DNA of 63,999 nucleotides, filler included, from Octopus bimaculoides (Eukaryota): the NCBI RefSeq assembly GCF_001194135.2. It is 5 parts of 5 records of this genome, joined end to end, with 100 filler letters (N's around TTAATTAATTAA, not from the genome) between each part and the next. Parts side by side here need not be neighbours in the genome. Positions count along the whole stretch, not along the records: positions 1 to 25,916 come from NC_068984.1; 4 more parts are not named here. The stretch is one strand, 5' to 3'. The position numbers were made by a program, and so were the translations under genes. Position 1 is the stretch's first letter. Each line of letters starts with the position of its first letter. Shown here one piece after another: positions 1-13,000 of the stretch. The notes under the pieces were generated by a model. It was not told where the DNA came from, did no database searches, and saw nothing but the letters and a program-made list of their open reading frames with translations.

Positions 1-199
1 AAAATTGGCGAAACATATCTGGAAAAGGAACCTTCAATCGAGGAAAGGTGCTTGCTGAAGATCAAAGGCTCTCAGAAAAGATCGACGGTTGCAGAGAAAG
101 TGTGATGCCATGTCAGTTACTAATGTAACTATAAGGAAATAGTTGTTTGTTCATGGATCTTTGACATCGCAATGTGGGGGCGGTAGCTATAGAACTGTA

Positions 200-1020
200 G
201 TGACAACCCTGTAATTTCGTCAAAAAATCGTACCTCTAGTGATGAGATTTGTTCAGATCAGTTGACTGCATACGATAAAACTGACGAAAGTAATGGCTTC
301 GACTCTGTCATAGCCAACAATCAAAATACTGAGCAGCAGTAGAAGACAATGAAGACTGGGCTTATCGGAAGGTAAAAGAGCACTTGCTCGATAAATACTT
401 CACAAAACACTGAAGATCGACTGCGAGAAAAAGGTTCGATCGTTTCAGTGAAATCATTGCAGAGATTCACCTAGTCTAGTGAAAGATTTCGGTCTAAGAT
501 AAATTCGTTTTCTGTTATTTAACCTCCAGCCACTGATAAATATTTACATCATAAGGAAAAGAATAAAGAATAATATTCTTTCATAGCACCACATAAAAAA
601 AAAACTGAATAATTTCTATTAGTTTTACCTCATAAAAAGAACAAAAAACTGATATCGAGACTTGTCAGCAAAAACAAAAAAATTATGTACGCCCGACAAG
701 ATGACCACAGCACAGCCAAAAAAAATTCATCCGCCAGCTGTCAAACGAAGACCATCTTTGCAACATCGTTCTTGATATTCTTATTGCAGTCTTTTATTTA
801 GCAGATGTCATTTTTTTAAAAATTACAACCTCTCTCTCTCTCTCTCTCTCTTTTCCACGAAATATTATGTCGTTATATCAGAAACGACAAAGCTCAGAAA
901 TATTCTCTAGACAAGCGTTTCCTAAAATTAGTCGCATCGTGCGCGTTCTGTGAAAGAGAAATATCTGTTATAAAATACAAAGATAATATTAACGTATATT
1001 ATGTGGAAGACAAATGAAAA
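200..1020 (+). mobile_element. possible highly decayed DNA transposon (piggyBac-like?)
   Basis: Acidic stretch SDEICSDQL...; peptide EILCRYIRNDK at 859 loosely resembles piggyBac EILRYLRFDDK; CpG-rich, unlike the adjacent gene region; no TIR found. Confidence 0.2.
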
Positions 1021-2329
1021 TGCCTTCGACTGAAATACTTTCGAAAGCTTTGTATAAAAGAAATTAAATTTGATCAGTATGGAAAGAACAGTTTTTTTTT
1101 AATTTTTATTAATTTTTTTTTTTATCGACGGACTTTCTGAAAAAAGCTATCACGAATAAAATGGAATTTCTTAGGTTTCTTTTTTTTTTTTTTTTTTTTT
1201 TTTTTGACATTTCAAAAACATTACAAAAAAACATTGTAAATCTCCATATTTTTCAAATATCTCAGCCTCCTCCCACCTCTTAATCGTGCTTCCGCAATAA
1301 CTGCCACGAATAAAATGATTTTTTTTTTTTTTTTTTCGTTATTTTTCGTCGTTTGGAGTATTCTACATCCTGAAATATTAGTAATTCGCATTTTAAACTA
1401 TTCTTATCCCACCCCCTTCATCGTAACTCACGATTAAAGTGTATGTGTGGTGAGGTCCACTTTGGTTTGTTCTCTTTTTTCATTCTGTAAAAAGATTTTT
1501 TTTTCCTATACGACATTAAATGAATTAAGAGAAAAGTAAAAATTTATCACCTAATTTCACCAATGTTTGCATTGGTATTGAACAACTTTTTCCATTAAAC
1601 TCTTTTGACTCACAGACAAGAAAATAATGACCACCCGACAAAAAGAAATAAAAATTGACAGAATTCCCATCACAGAATTTTTTAGAGGTTGGGGCACAAA
1701 AAGTAAGATTTACTGCATTTTTGACTTTGATGAAAAATATAGTTTTTACAAATGCTCACCACCTTACAAAAACTATAACAGCTAAGTAAATGACCTTCTC
1801 TAAATGCAGTAAAAACACTATAACATATTCAGGACATTATTTCAGAAAATTATCTCGTGTATCTTTGAGCATATAAAAGACAAATTTAGCTGGGCAAAAT
1901 GAGTAAGACAAGATAAAGTAAATTCACTGCTGCAGTTCTCCAGAATTACATTTGAAAACACTCATATACATCAATATCCATCCTTAGGTATCAGAAATAC
2001 AACAAAAATTTTAAGATATCTCCATCAAATGAAGGAGGATCATGAAAAAATGGCACATGATACGAAATCAATGAAACTCAACTAAATCTAAAAATTTATC
2101 ATAAAATATTCTCTATAGCTTCTTCATGATCTCCTGGAGTGATTCTTTTCCCAGTATATTTACACACCGTGCAGATAGAGAAGAAATTATTGAAGTCAAA
2201 ACTCATTTTTCCCCATTTTAACTTTATTTTTTGAAAATTGAGAATTATTAAATTAGACATTAGTGTGGGGAAAAATTGACTTGGAATCTATTTGTTTGTA
2301 CACAGGCTATTTTTTATTCTAGTGGTAAC

Positions 2330-2560
2330 GCTCTCTGAGCAACCATCCCCACTACAGACTTGGTCACCTAGGTAGTGGAAGCTATCAACTACTTCTAGTT
2401 TCTCACCCTGGCATGTTAGGGAATCTGTTTTCTGAGCATTTGTGGTGTTTATTGCTCCTGTGCATCTGTCGCACATGAAAGCTATCTTCCCAGTTAATCT
2501 TCCTTTTATGTTGCTGCACCTCTTATGTGTCCATAGTTTACACTGGGTACATCTTCTGTC
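2330..2560 (-). mobile_element. RTE-clade LINE fragment (post-RT region)
   Basis: EKLEVVDSFHYLGDQVCSGDGCSESVTTRIK, typical of the RTE YLG...RI motif. Confidence 0.8.
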
Positions 2561-3132
2561 AGAGGTAATGACAGACCTTTGGCATTATGCTGTGCTTGAG
2601 ATGAAGACCCATCAATCTGAGCAAAATCACAGTTGTGACAGATATGGGCCTCACGGCAGCAATGACCAACACTTTTGAAGCACTTTTCGAGTGTTGGGCC
2701 TCATGGAGACAAAGTGACTGAGCTCCTTTCAAGTGTTGGGCCTGTCAGAGATAATGACCAAAACTTTTGACATTATGCCGTGCTTGAGATGAAGACTTGT
2801 CAAGCCGAGCAAAATCGCAGTCGTGACAGATATGGGCCTCACAGAGGCAATGACCAAGACCTTTGGCATTATGTTTTGCTTGAGAAGAAGACCCATCAAG
2901 CTGAGCAAAATCACAGTCATGGCAGATACTGGTATCATGCAAATGGCACCTGTGTTGGTGGCAAGTAAAAGCATCCATTACACTCTTGGAGTGGTTGGTG
3001 TTAGGAAAGACATCCAGCTATAGAAACCATGCCAAATCAGATTGGCGTCTGGTGCAGCCTTCCAGCTTGCCAGCCCCAAGCAAACCACCCAACCCATGCC
3101 AATATGGACAATGGACGTTAAATGATGATGAT
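2560..3132 (+). mobile_element. RTE 3' end with about 3 tandem copies of a ~105-bp ORF-end unit, ending in a (GAT)n tail
   Basis: Repeated ctttggcattatg...gagatgaagac...gagcaaaatcacag...gatatgggcctcac units, then the family tail ...acccatgcc...gacgttaaatgatgatg. Confidence 0.8.
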
Positions 3133-3269
3133 TATGTCCTACTTACTAAGACTTTGGATTTTGCTAGGTTAACTCTAACACCCTTCAATTCTAGAGCTTG
3201 CTTTCTCACATGAAACTATGTATATATATATTATTCTAAAATGTTTCAGCTGCAGTCATGCTGGAGCAC

Positions 3270-3530
3270 CACCATTGACTGAGCTACACCATTATTTGGA
3301 ACCTCCTCTGATATGTGGCTTTTGGTCAATGAGGGTGTTTGATGCTGCTGCCAAAATCTGTGTTTCCTGCCAGGAGGTAGGCTTGTCTGGAACCTGTATC
3401 AGGAAGAGATCCAGTTTTGTCTTAAAGATACTTACATCCACACCATGCAGGTCTCCCAGGCATTTTCGAAGGATATTAAAGAGCTGTGAACCAGTAACCA
3501 TGTGGTTGCAAAGCAAATTTCTTAACCACA
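3270..3530 (-). mobile_element. CR1/L2-type LINE C-terminal fragment
   Basis: GSQLFNILRK...GVDVSIFKTKLDLFLIQVPDKP...AAASNTLIDQ, typical of CR1-group ORF2 ends. Confidence 0.7.
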
Positions 3531-5459
3531 GATTCATGCGCGCGCACACACACACACACACACAAAGATTTTGTGTTAGTAAGTTTGTGGTAGACATACT
3601 TTTTCATTTGATCCTTTACATTCAGTAATTATTCCAAGCTAGAGTGACTGGGATAGTTTTTATTGGTGCAATTTACCACTCAACCAGAAATATTAGAACC
3701 ATAGAAACTGAATGAATCAAAATACTTTTCTTATAAAACAAAGCAAAAATTTTTCATCATTATTTCATTATTTACAAATAAAATGTACATGATATAGTAA
3801 AAATATAGAAAAATAGTTTGATGGAAACTCTTCTGAATACAGAATTATCACAGATTCCATAGTAATGTTCAATACAAATATTTTAAACTTAAAACTTATA
3901 AACCCATGTTTAAAATTAATTTAACAGAGTCATTTATAAAATTACAAATAATCTTTGAAGTCATCTGCCATTTTGTATTTCAATGCTTTTGTTCGTTCAA
4001 AAAAAGATATATTCATCTCTAAAAATTATAACTTATTATTAATACTTAATATTTTGTCATTATATCTAAACCAGTGTAGAGAGCTAAGTACCTTCCTGAA
4101 TGATTAAAGAATGTGTTTTTCATAATGAAATTAACAAAGGCAAAGAATTTTTTTTAAATGAAGTAATGATATTCTAACAACCTTTTAGTAGCACTACAGG
4201 TACCCATGCAAATTGCTGCATTAGTATTTATTTATTAACAGCAAGCCACAGCATACATAGATCAGAATTGGGCCTCTAGACTTGTAATACAGACCACCGA
4301 GCAATTACTCAATGTGCCTATGTCTTAAGGTGACATTGCCTGTTAGATGACCAGCAACTCATTTGTTGAAACTAACACACACAAATGCAGTTGTTTACTC
4401 GTAAATAGTAAAAAATCACTACTCCTTGGAAATTTATTTTTCACTAAATTATGAAAACTTTTCTTTTCAATTCTCAGATGTTCCCCATACCTCATTTTCA
4501 GGTTCGATGTCAAAAATTTAAGGACTTACTTTAGGTAAATACATAATTTGAGCAAGAGAATGAGATGATGTCCCAATAAACCTTCTCTATTTTAAGCAAA
4601 TTTCTTGTGGAGCTTGTCCAAAGGGAAAAAAATCACTCAGAAAGTACAAACCTTCTGAATCCCAACAATGCATAGGTTTAATGTTCAATTCCAGTTTCTG
4701 TGGCATTAAACAGATGAGAAACAATTTGTCCTTGAATAGGACACTCATCTACAATAGATACACTTCTCTCTGCTATAGAATGTTAGCACTGCAAGCTGAT
4801 GAAAATCAACAATTTCACAGTGCTGTTACTGCATAAAGTAGTGAAATATGTCTCATATGATACAACCTTGGTAGCATTATTCCTTCTAAGTTATTACATG
4901 TGTGCCTGCTCTTATATTTTTGCAATCAGTGCATTACAAAATTAATGTGTGCATAAAGTGCTAGTTACCTAGTATATGCATTGTTGTCACAAGAAAATAA
5001 TTTGCACAACATAAAGATTTTTGCACACACTGACTATTAAAAATTTAAAGGAACATTGCTAGGAGAGCTGAGCTACTGAAAGCTAAAATACACAATGCAG
5101 AAACAATGACTGGCAACTCTTCACTTGGTTGTCCCTCACCTAACCTAAATGGTTTTACTAAATCAGATACAAATCTTGCAAGAGCCACAAAATCTGCTAA
5201 ACACATCTTTAGTAGGCCTGTCTAAATATGTCCCTTGCAATATGTACCTTTAACAATTGATCTATGTGCAACTTGTTAAGAAACTTTTAACTTTTGGAGT
5301 TATGATCATCATGATCATCACCAACATGATTATCATCATCAATTACATTAAGTAGAGAGAATAAAAAAATTGTATACCTTCTATTTCATATTTTCCTTAA
5401 CTATATATCATTTTAAAAATAATAAAAGATTTAGTGTGAAAAATATGATTTAATATGAT

Positions 5460-5647
5460 CTAGTCATTTTCTTCATAATTATAAGCAAATTTCTCGTGAC
5501 CATCAAAAGCAACTTTTTGTCCATGAATTAAACATTGTATAACCCACTCTGTCGACAATAGAGGAATGTGTTGACTGTCTGCTTGTTCAATTATATCAGG
5601 TGAACAGCTTCCGTCTGTGATGACTGCATCTACAGATTTATTAGATC
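5460..5647 (-). CDS. TP53BP1: TP53BP1 last coding exon, BRCT2 C-terminus (...DAVITDGSC...[31 protein letters not shown])
   Basis: gtttcag acceptor, 188 nt, TAG stop; matches human DVVVTDPSC...[23 protein letters not shown]. Confidence 0.95.
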
Positions 5648-5757
5648 CTGAAACATGAAATATCAACAATGAGATGCTAAAATATATGAAATATTACATG
5701 CACACACACATTAGTTTGGTTATATATACATATACGCACACATTACTTTGGTTATAA

Positions 5758-5794
<37 letters not shown>

Positions 5795-7760
5795 ATCATC
5801 ATTATCATCATCATTTAACGTCTGTTGTCAATGCTGGCATGGAGTGGATGATGTGACCAGACCTAGCAAGCCAGTGGGAGCTGCACCAGACTCCAGTTTG
5901 ATTTGGCATGGTTTCTATGGTTAGATGCCCTTCCTAATGCCAACCACTTTATAGAGTGTGCTGGATTCTTTTATGTGGCACTGCATGGGTGCTTTTAAAT
6001 GGCGATGCACAGATACTTTTATGTGATGCCACATGGGTGCTTTTACGTGTTACTGCACAAGCGCTTTTACATAGCACAGCCATGGGTGCTTTATACAACC
6101 AGAAGGATTGATCTTCACACTTCTGCTGTGGAGTATGGGTCTTCTTGAGTACAGCCAGGTGCCAGGTATCTTGGTCCTTTGTCACCTTGCATAAAAGGTT
6201 CAGCTTCCCAAAGTCATTCTTCAATACTTCATTCCATGTCTTCCTGGGTCTTCCACTTCTACATGTTCCATCCACTTTGAGAGATTGTCACTTCTTTATG
6301 GAGCTGTCGGCATCCATCCGCATCACATGACCAAACCAGCGCAGTCTTCTCTCTTGCACGCAGCAACAAATTCCTCTTATTGCCTAACTTCTCTCTCTCA
6401 GAACACTGGCATTCTGTCAAACATGCACACTTACATTACATATCCATTAGAGCATACTAGCCTCATTCCTTTCTAACACTTGCAAGTCCTCTGTATCCAT
6501 GGCCCATGTCTCACTATCATGTAGAATTGCTGTCTATATACATGCATCCTTTCACTCAGAGAGAGAAACGTTTCATGGCCAACAAAGATAACAGCTCTCT
6601 GAATTTCCTCCGTCCTATTCTTATTCTAGCTATCACACTCTCCATGCATCATCTCCCACTACTAATTTGGTCCCCTAAGTAGCAGAAATTATCTACTACC
6701 TCTAATGAGCCAGCAGGGCATCTGAGAGAATCAATTTCCCAAGTCTTTTAAAAATCCTATGCATCTTCTTACATACAAAAACTATCTTCTCTGATAATCT
6801 TCCAATTAACCCACTGCATCTCTTGTGTGTTCATAGCGTGCACTGAATACACTGCATGGAGTTCCTGTCTACACCTTTCCTACAAATTGAACACCTACCT
6901 GAATGGGGGTAAGGTCCTGTCAGTTTTATTACTTACTAGGACCTTAGTCTTTGCTAAGTTAACTTTAAGGCCCTTAGATTCCAGGTTTTGCTTCCACACC
7001 TGGAATTTTTCATCTAGCCCTGATATGGAATCGGCTATGAGGACAAGATCATCAGCATATCGTAGTTCCCAGGGGCTGCCAGTCTTGAATTCCTCTGTTA
7101 TGGCCTGGAGGACAATGATGAAAAGGAGGGAACTAAGGACTTAGCCTTGATGAACCCCCTACTTGTACACCAAATTTTTTGCTGTACTTGTGGTTACCTC
7201 TTCCCAACTCACAGTGTCTTTGTACATGGCCTGTACAGCTTTCACCAGCCATCTATCCCTGGCCTCCCCAGAGCCCATCATATCACATAGCAGGGCACTC
7301 TATCTAAGGCTTTCTCTAGATCAACAGGTTTCAGGTGTAATGGCTTATTCTTAACTAAGTACTTCTCTTGCAGTTGCCTGACTATAAAAATAACATTCCC
7401 TGGACAAAGCCAAACTACATTTTGTCTAGCCTAATTCTGCTCCTAATTAATTGGGCAATATCTCTCACTGTAATTTTCATCACCTGGTCTAGGAGTTTTA
7501 TGCTGCTATATTTGCTTCTATCTAACATATCACCCTTGCCCTTGTAGCGTTAACAATTATGCTGCTATGACCCAATTAACTATGCAGGTGACCAGCCCCT
7601 ATCCTACCTTACCAGATATTTTGAGCATCTCAGGTGTGATTCCAGATAGACCAGGGGCTTTCCCAGTTTTCATGCTTTTAATCGCCTTATCTACCATACT
7701 GCTGTCCACTAGGACAGCTGGTCCCTCTGTTGGGCTCACATAAGGGAGACTCCCTTTATC
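5795..7760 (-). mobile_element. 5'-truncated, decayed RTE LINE (~1.95 kb) in the last TP53BP1 intron
   Basis: Minus strand encodes KAIKSMKTGKAPG, VDLEKALDRVP, PWELRYADDLVLIA, GRPRKTW; (CAT)n tail at 5795; stops and frameshifts present. Confidence 0.92.
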
Positions 7761-7946
7761 CTATTTATTTTCTACATTCAACAGTCTTGCATATCCAGTT
7801 CACAATATAGAATGGTTGGCATTTGGAAGGGCATCAGCTGTCAAAGCCATGTCAAAACAGACCTCTCTGGTGCTGGTGCCATGTAAAAAGCACTCAGTCC
7901 ATTTTGTAAGTCGGTTCATGTTAGGAAGGGCAACAGGAAGGATATC

Positions 7947-8100
7947 CATCATCATCATCATCATCATCGTTTAACGTCCGCTTTCCATGCTAGCATGGGT
8001 TGGACGATTTGACTGAGGACTGGTGAAACCGGATGGCAACACCAGGCTCCAGTCTGATTTGGCAGAGTTTCTACAGCTGGATGCCCTTCCAGCTATAGAA
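7947..8100 (-). mobile_element. short, young RTE-family 3' tail
   Basis: (CAT)n-cgtttaacgtccgctttccatgctagcatggg..., near identical to the copies at 18800 and 24948; CpGs intact. Confidence 0.85.
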
Positions 8101-8309
8101 AATCAGCCTCAATTTCATCAGGTCTGTAGAAGTATGAAATGTGAACACTAAAATGATAAGTGTTTCTTAAGCCTGCAAAGTTGAGATAAAGTACTTCTAT
8201 GAGCTTAGAAAAGATAAGGTGTTGCTCCAGTAGTCGCCTCAGACAAAAATTCCCAATCATTTTTTGTCAAATTTGCCTTCCATTTTAAAATCTGAATAAA
8301 GAGTAAAAG

Positions 8310-8641
8310 ACCCTTTTCGGTCATGAATGCCCATGGGATGCACCTAGAGAGTTACCCTCCAAAGCACAAGTCCAGGCAAGGTTGTTTATGAAAGACCAGC
8401 AGTCACCCATGTATACCAGCCTCTCCTCTCCACATCTCTGATGTTATCCAAGGGAAAGGCAACAGCCAATACAGCTTGGCACTAGTGACATTGCAACTCA
8501 TTTCTATAGCTGAGTGAACTGGAGCAATGTGAAATACAGTATCTTGCTCAAGAACACAACACACTGCCCAGTCTAGGAATCAAACTCACAACCTCATGAT
8601 TGTGAACCCAATGCACTAACCACTGAGCCATGTGCCTTCAC
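8310..8641 (-). mobile_element. tRNA-derived SINE (family A), CpG-decayed copy
   Basis: Minus-strand head has A box TGGCTCAGTGG and a degenerate B box; body aligns with the copies at 26710-26984 and 28050-28398. Confidence 0.85.
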
Positions 8642-8915
8642 CAAGTCTGAATACATGTTTTATAAATGCTTGTTTTCTTTATATGTGTAACAGGTTGAAA
8701 TACAGCTATATCAATTACATTGTGATCTTAAACAAAGCACACAACTTTTATATACTGAAGTCTGCTGAGTTGGGCAAATAGATTCTGCTCTTATAGAGAA
8801 GATGAAGAGACAGGAGGAAATCAGGCAAATGCTTGAATCTGCAAACAGCAAATTTGTAAGAAAATGTAAAAAATAAATGAAAACGAAAATTTAATAATAA
8901 AAATTACAAACAAAC

Positions 8916-9049
8916 CTTTAGTTTTTCTAAATTTCTTTATAATTCTACAGCCTGCAATTGTAAGAATCTCAGACCAAATACTGACAAATTCCTTTTGATT
9001 TGAAGTCACTAAGATTTCTAAGTCTTCCAAACATTTCGCTTTCATTTTG
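8916..9049 (-). CDS. TP53BP1: TP53BP1 BRCT2 exon (KMKAKCLEDLEILV...SIWSEILTIAGCRII...)
   Basis: tttttcag acceptor, gtttgt donor, 134 nt, phase 2 to 1; matches human ELWSEILMTGG. Confidence 0.9.
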
Positions 9050-9408
9050 CTGAAAAATAAATAGAAACAATATGACAACCTCAACTTAACTTATATACAG
9101 GGTGGTGGAAATATCTGCCAAAAAAATAGAATTGGTATTTTCTGCAAGTCATGTTGCCTCAATAAATTTGATATATCTCAACAAAAAATAGTTTTAAATA
9201 TGACGTTCCTCAACAAAAGATAGATTGGTATATAAAACAGCTTTCTGCAGTTACGTGTAATGGCATTTTGAGCAGATATGTCAGATTTCTGCAGTAAAAG
9301 GGTTAAATATTATTCTTTCCTAATTTTATGTTTTATTTGTTGACTTCCTTCTGTGATTTTCAAAATTCTGTATTGGAGAGAATTTGAATTTAAGTGTCTC
9401 TAATTTTA

Positions 9409-10065
9409 CATCATCATCATTATCATCGTTTAACATCTGCTTTCCATGTTAGCATGGGTTGGACGATTTGACTGAGGACTGGCGAACCAGGTGGCTGCAC
9501 CAGACTCCAATCTGATCTGGCAGAGTTTCTACAGCGTGATGCCCTTCCTAACGCCAACCACTCCAAGAGTGTAGTAGGTGCTTTTATGTGCCACCGGCAC
9601 GAGGGCCAGTCAGGCAGTACTAGCAACGGCCATGCTCAAATGGTGTATTTTACATGCCACCTGCACAGAAGCCATTCCAGTGGCACTGGCAACGACCTCG
9701 CTCGAATGCTTTTTCATGTGCCACCAGCACAAGTGCCAGTAAGGCGACGCTGGTAACGATCACACTCAAATGGTGCTATTTATGTGCCAACGGCACGGAA
9801 GCCAGACAGCTGCTCTTGCAATGATCACGCTCGGATGGTGCTTTTAGCGCTCCACTGGCATGGGTGCCAGTCATCGAATTTAGTTCAATTTCGATTTCGA
9901 TTTCACTTGCCCCAACAAGTCTTCACAAGCAGAGTTTAGTGTCCAACGAAGGAAAGGTACGCATAAGTGGGCTGGCTACACTCCTGGCAGAGGCCTCAGA
10001 TTATGATCTCACTTGGCTTGCCGGGTCTTTTCACACATAGCATATTTCCAAAGGTCTCGGTTATT
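9409..10065 (-). mobile_element. RTE 3' portion with an internal ~60-bp tandem array
   Basis: (CAT)n tail plus family tail; about 5 units anchored on ttttatgtgccac at 9580-9870; ORF end near 10000-10065. Confidence 0.85.
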
Positions 10066-10394
10066 TCCAGGATAAATTAGTGTCTTAAGAGTCATATGGC
10101 TATATATAGGTTTAAATGTTCAGTATGTGTACAGTTGACTTTCTCTGTAATATAAGCTGTCAATGATAGAATGAATGCATAAATGAGAAAGAAAGAGAAA
10201 AGAAATATACCACCTCAAGACTCCTGTTAATAATTTGCCCATAACATTGATGGTGATAGTGGTGATGGTGGAGGTGGTAACAGTGACAATGATTTCTAAC
10301 ATAGACACAAGGCCAGAAATGAAAGGTGGGTGAACAATAAATATAACAATCCCAGTAGTTGACAATAATAATTTAGTGAAATAAATGAACTAAC

Positions 10395-10468
10395 CTTTCC
10401 ATAAGAGACTTTTTTGTAATACTTATGCCAGCCTGTAATAGGTATGATCTATAATCTAAAAATGTTCC
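10395..10468 (-). CDS. TP53BP1: TP53BP1 inter-BRCT linker exon (GTFLDYRSYLLQAGISITKKSLMES)
   Basis: ttttttag acceptor, gttagt donor, 74 nt, phase 0 to 2; matches human NYRNYLLPAGYS; too short for the ORF track. Confidence 0.9.
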
Positions 10469-11060
10469 CTAAAAAAGAAAATAATCAAACAATAAAATTT
10501 TGCAAATTTATCATTGAATCAACCAAATAAAAAATTCCATATTTTAGTATTTTCTCATTAATTCTTTTGCTATTAACCATTCACTTTTCCTTCAACAAAC
10601 ATTGCCATTAATTGTATGTTCAGTCTGTTACTGTCGAATAATATTTGAAATAAAACATGGAGATATAATGCTTAACACATTCATAATGATTTGCATGTAT
10701 TATATTGCAAGTTTTTATATTATATAACTGGTTAAGGTGCTTAACTTGCTAACACTGCTTATCTGTCCAGAAAATATGAACAAGAACCTTTAAAAAAATC
10801 AATCTATAACAGAGTTACATTCATAATAGAGTTACATTCTATAAAATTGCAAAATTTTCTTTCCTCAGCTAAATTAAAAACAAAATACATAATTCAATAT
10901 CATCTAACTATAGACCCTTCCCAGCTTAGAAAATTGAATATTTAACTGTCACTTATTCTAGGAAATGAAAAGCAATAATTTAGTGTATTTATCCTAATAG
11001 CATTTATCTTTCATTACAAAAATGTTGTGCATAATATCTGCAATTCTAGAAAGGACTTAC

Positions 11061-11189
11061 CTGCTTACAACAATCTCTCACCCACAAATGAGATATACAA
11101 GGAATACCAGCTGCAAGTCCTTGAAGGTATTTGACAGTTCTCTGGTAAGTATTGGACACAACAAAACTTGTTTTATGAAGAGACAGAAA
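11061..11189 (-). CDS. TP53BP1: TP53BP1 BRCT1 exon (FLSLHKTSFVVSNTYQRTVKYLQGLAAGIPCISHLWVRDCCKQ)
   Basis: atttccag acceptor, gtaagt donor, 129 nt, phase 0 to 0; matches human RTRKYFLCLASGIPCVSHVWVHDSC. Confidence 0.95.
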
Positions 11190-12304
11190 CTGGAAATTAA
11201 AGAAATTTTCTTTGTATTGATAAACATGGAATAAATAAGCAAAAAGGGAGAAAATATGAGCTTTTATATGCATTTTAAAATATTCCTTATCCAATGTAAA
11301 AAAATGTATAGTCTATAAATTTTCTTTGGATTCCTTTGGAGTGAGAAGATGAAATCATTGCATGAGGTTAATGCACTTAAATGAAAAATATATAAAAAAA
11401 AGGTAAGTAAATAAATTAAATTAAAATATCAAATTACACAATTTCTATCATACAAACCACATCAACAGTTTTACACAATAAAAATCAACCTTAATTAAAA
11501 TAGTGACAATTTTTCCCAAATTAACATAGATAATAAAAGACTGCAAAATAACCTCCATCTCACTGACTCCATGTCTGATCCATTCTTTTATAAAATCTAG
11601 GATTGGGTTCATTTAGTCTAAAACATTTTAAATCCTTCTTCTGTATAGGTTGTTTTTTTCATGTTACCTAGCTCATATGTCATATACCTAAAAAAATCAG
11701 AATTGTTATTTTTGCATCTAACAACATATGTTACTAAAACCTTACCAATTTCTAAACTTACTCTACATAGGCAAAAATATTAAGCATTAACCTCCAGCAT
11801 CTCTCAGACTTTTGCCTTCACTATACATCATACAGGTTAAACCTACTTCTTTAAATATAGAATTAAATACACTTTGCTGGTCAACAATGCCAGCAGTCTT
11901 TTATTGTCATCCATCTTCTTAGGCAAGTATCAGCTACTACATTTCATTAACATATTTTGTACATTGACTTTGTTCAGTGGTTACATCTCATTTCGATAAT
12001 AGAATTTGTCTACAAGCTTAAAACAATTATTAACAACTATAAGTATAGATCATTAAACAGTCAGCTGAAATTATGTGCACTTGAAACTTTAAGAAACATA
12101 TCATTAGACAAAACAGACTATGGGAAAATAAATTACTATTGTCACTTTATAAACATAAAGGTGACATTAGAAAAGGTATGCTACTGCAAAAGGTACACTC
12201 CAAAGAATCACCCTAATGCATGAGTTTTACAAATAACTCAACTCATGCTAATGTGAAAAAATAAATATAAGAAGAATTTTATATATTAATATGAGTAAGC
12301 TTAC

Positions 12305-12393
12305 ATCTTTGTGCCAGCAACTAAAAACTTGTCCTCCACCTGTTTCAAGTTGGATCCGTAAATGGTTTTTATCGAAGGGAACTTTAGGTTCAA
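12305..12393 (-). CDS. TP53BP1: TP53BP1 BRCT1 exon (VEPKVPFDKNHLRIQLETGGGQVFSCWHKD)
   Basis: ttttgcag acceptor, gtaagc donor, 89 nt, phase 1 to 0; aligns with human PPFNKQYTESQLRAGAG. Confidence 0.9.
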
Positions 12394-12449
12394 CTGCAAA
12401 AAAAGTATTAATTTTATTTTGGGGGAACAACAACCACCACCGCCGCCGC

Positions 12450-12660
12450 CACCACCACTGTTTAATGTCTGCTTTCCATGCTGACATGGGTTGGACGGTT
12501 TGACTGAGGACTGGCAAGCCAGAAGGCTACATCAGGCTCCAATCTCATCTGACAAGGTTTCTACAGCTGGATGCCCTTCCTAACACCAAGAGTATAGTGA
12601 GTGCTTTTATATGCCAGTCAGGCAGCACTGGCAGCGACCACATTCATATGGTGCATTTTA
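12450..12660 (-). mobile_element. RTE-family 3' tail
   Basis: tttaatgtctgctttccatgctgacatgggttgg..., same tail as other copies. Confidence 0.8.
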
Positions 12661-12739
12661 TGTGAATGCAAATATCTAATTCAATCACCTGCTTTTACTT
12701 ATAAATTCAAATAAAAGCTATCACTGAGAGAAAAATCTC

Positions 12740-13000
12740 TAAAATAGTCGAGAAGCAGAGAGAAAAATTTTAGCAGCAATTGGAATTACACACTTTCACA
12801 ATGGTAACCACAACATCTCTGATAGAATGAATGCATGATTTGATTGTAATTATTCAAATTACTGAGACGCTTCTGAAAAAAAGAAAACTGTTGGAAAACA
12901 GTTTATAGCAGAGACTCCAGCTAAGAAGATCTGAAGAAGGAATTGTAATTCCGAAATATCATCGGACTATAGATAACCAAATTACAACAGGTATATAGTC
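12740..13000 (+). mobile_element. Penelope-like element relic (GIY-YIG-like C-terminus followed by a hammerhead-like motif)
   Basis: THFHNGNHNISD and KRKLLENS peptides resemble PLE endonuclease ends; CTGAAGA-A-GGAAT-TGTA-ATTCC-GAAA at 12931-12956. Confidence 0.45.

Noticed and set aside
281-305. CTGACGA-AAG...CTT-CGAC as another hammerhead
   Set aside because: GAAA core and cleavage triplet absent; only a 3-bp stem, which is chance level
11550-11690. Extra TP53BP1 exon between 12305 and 11189
   Set aside because: Acceptor-like site present but all frames hit stops, and 12305 to 11189 already splices in phase and matches human spacing
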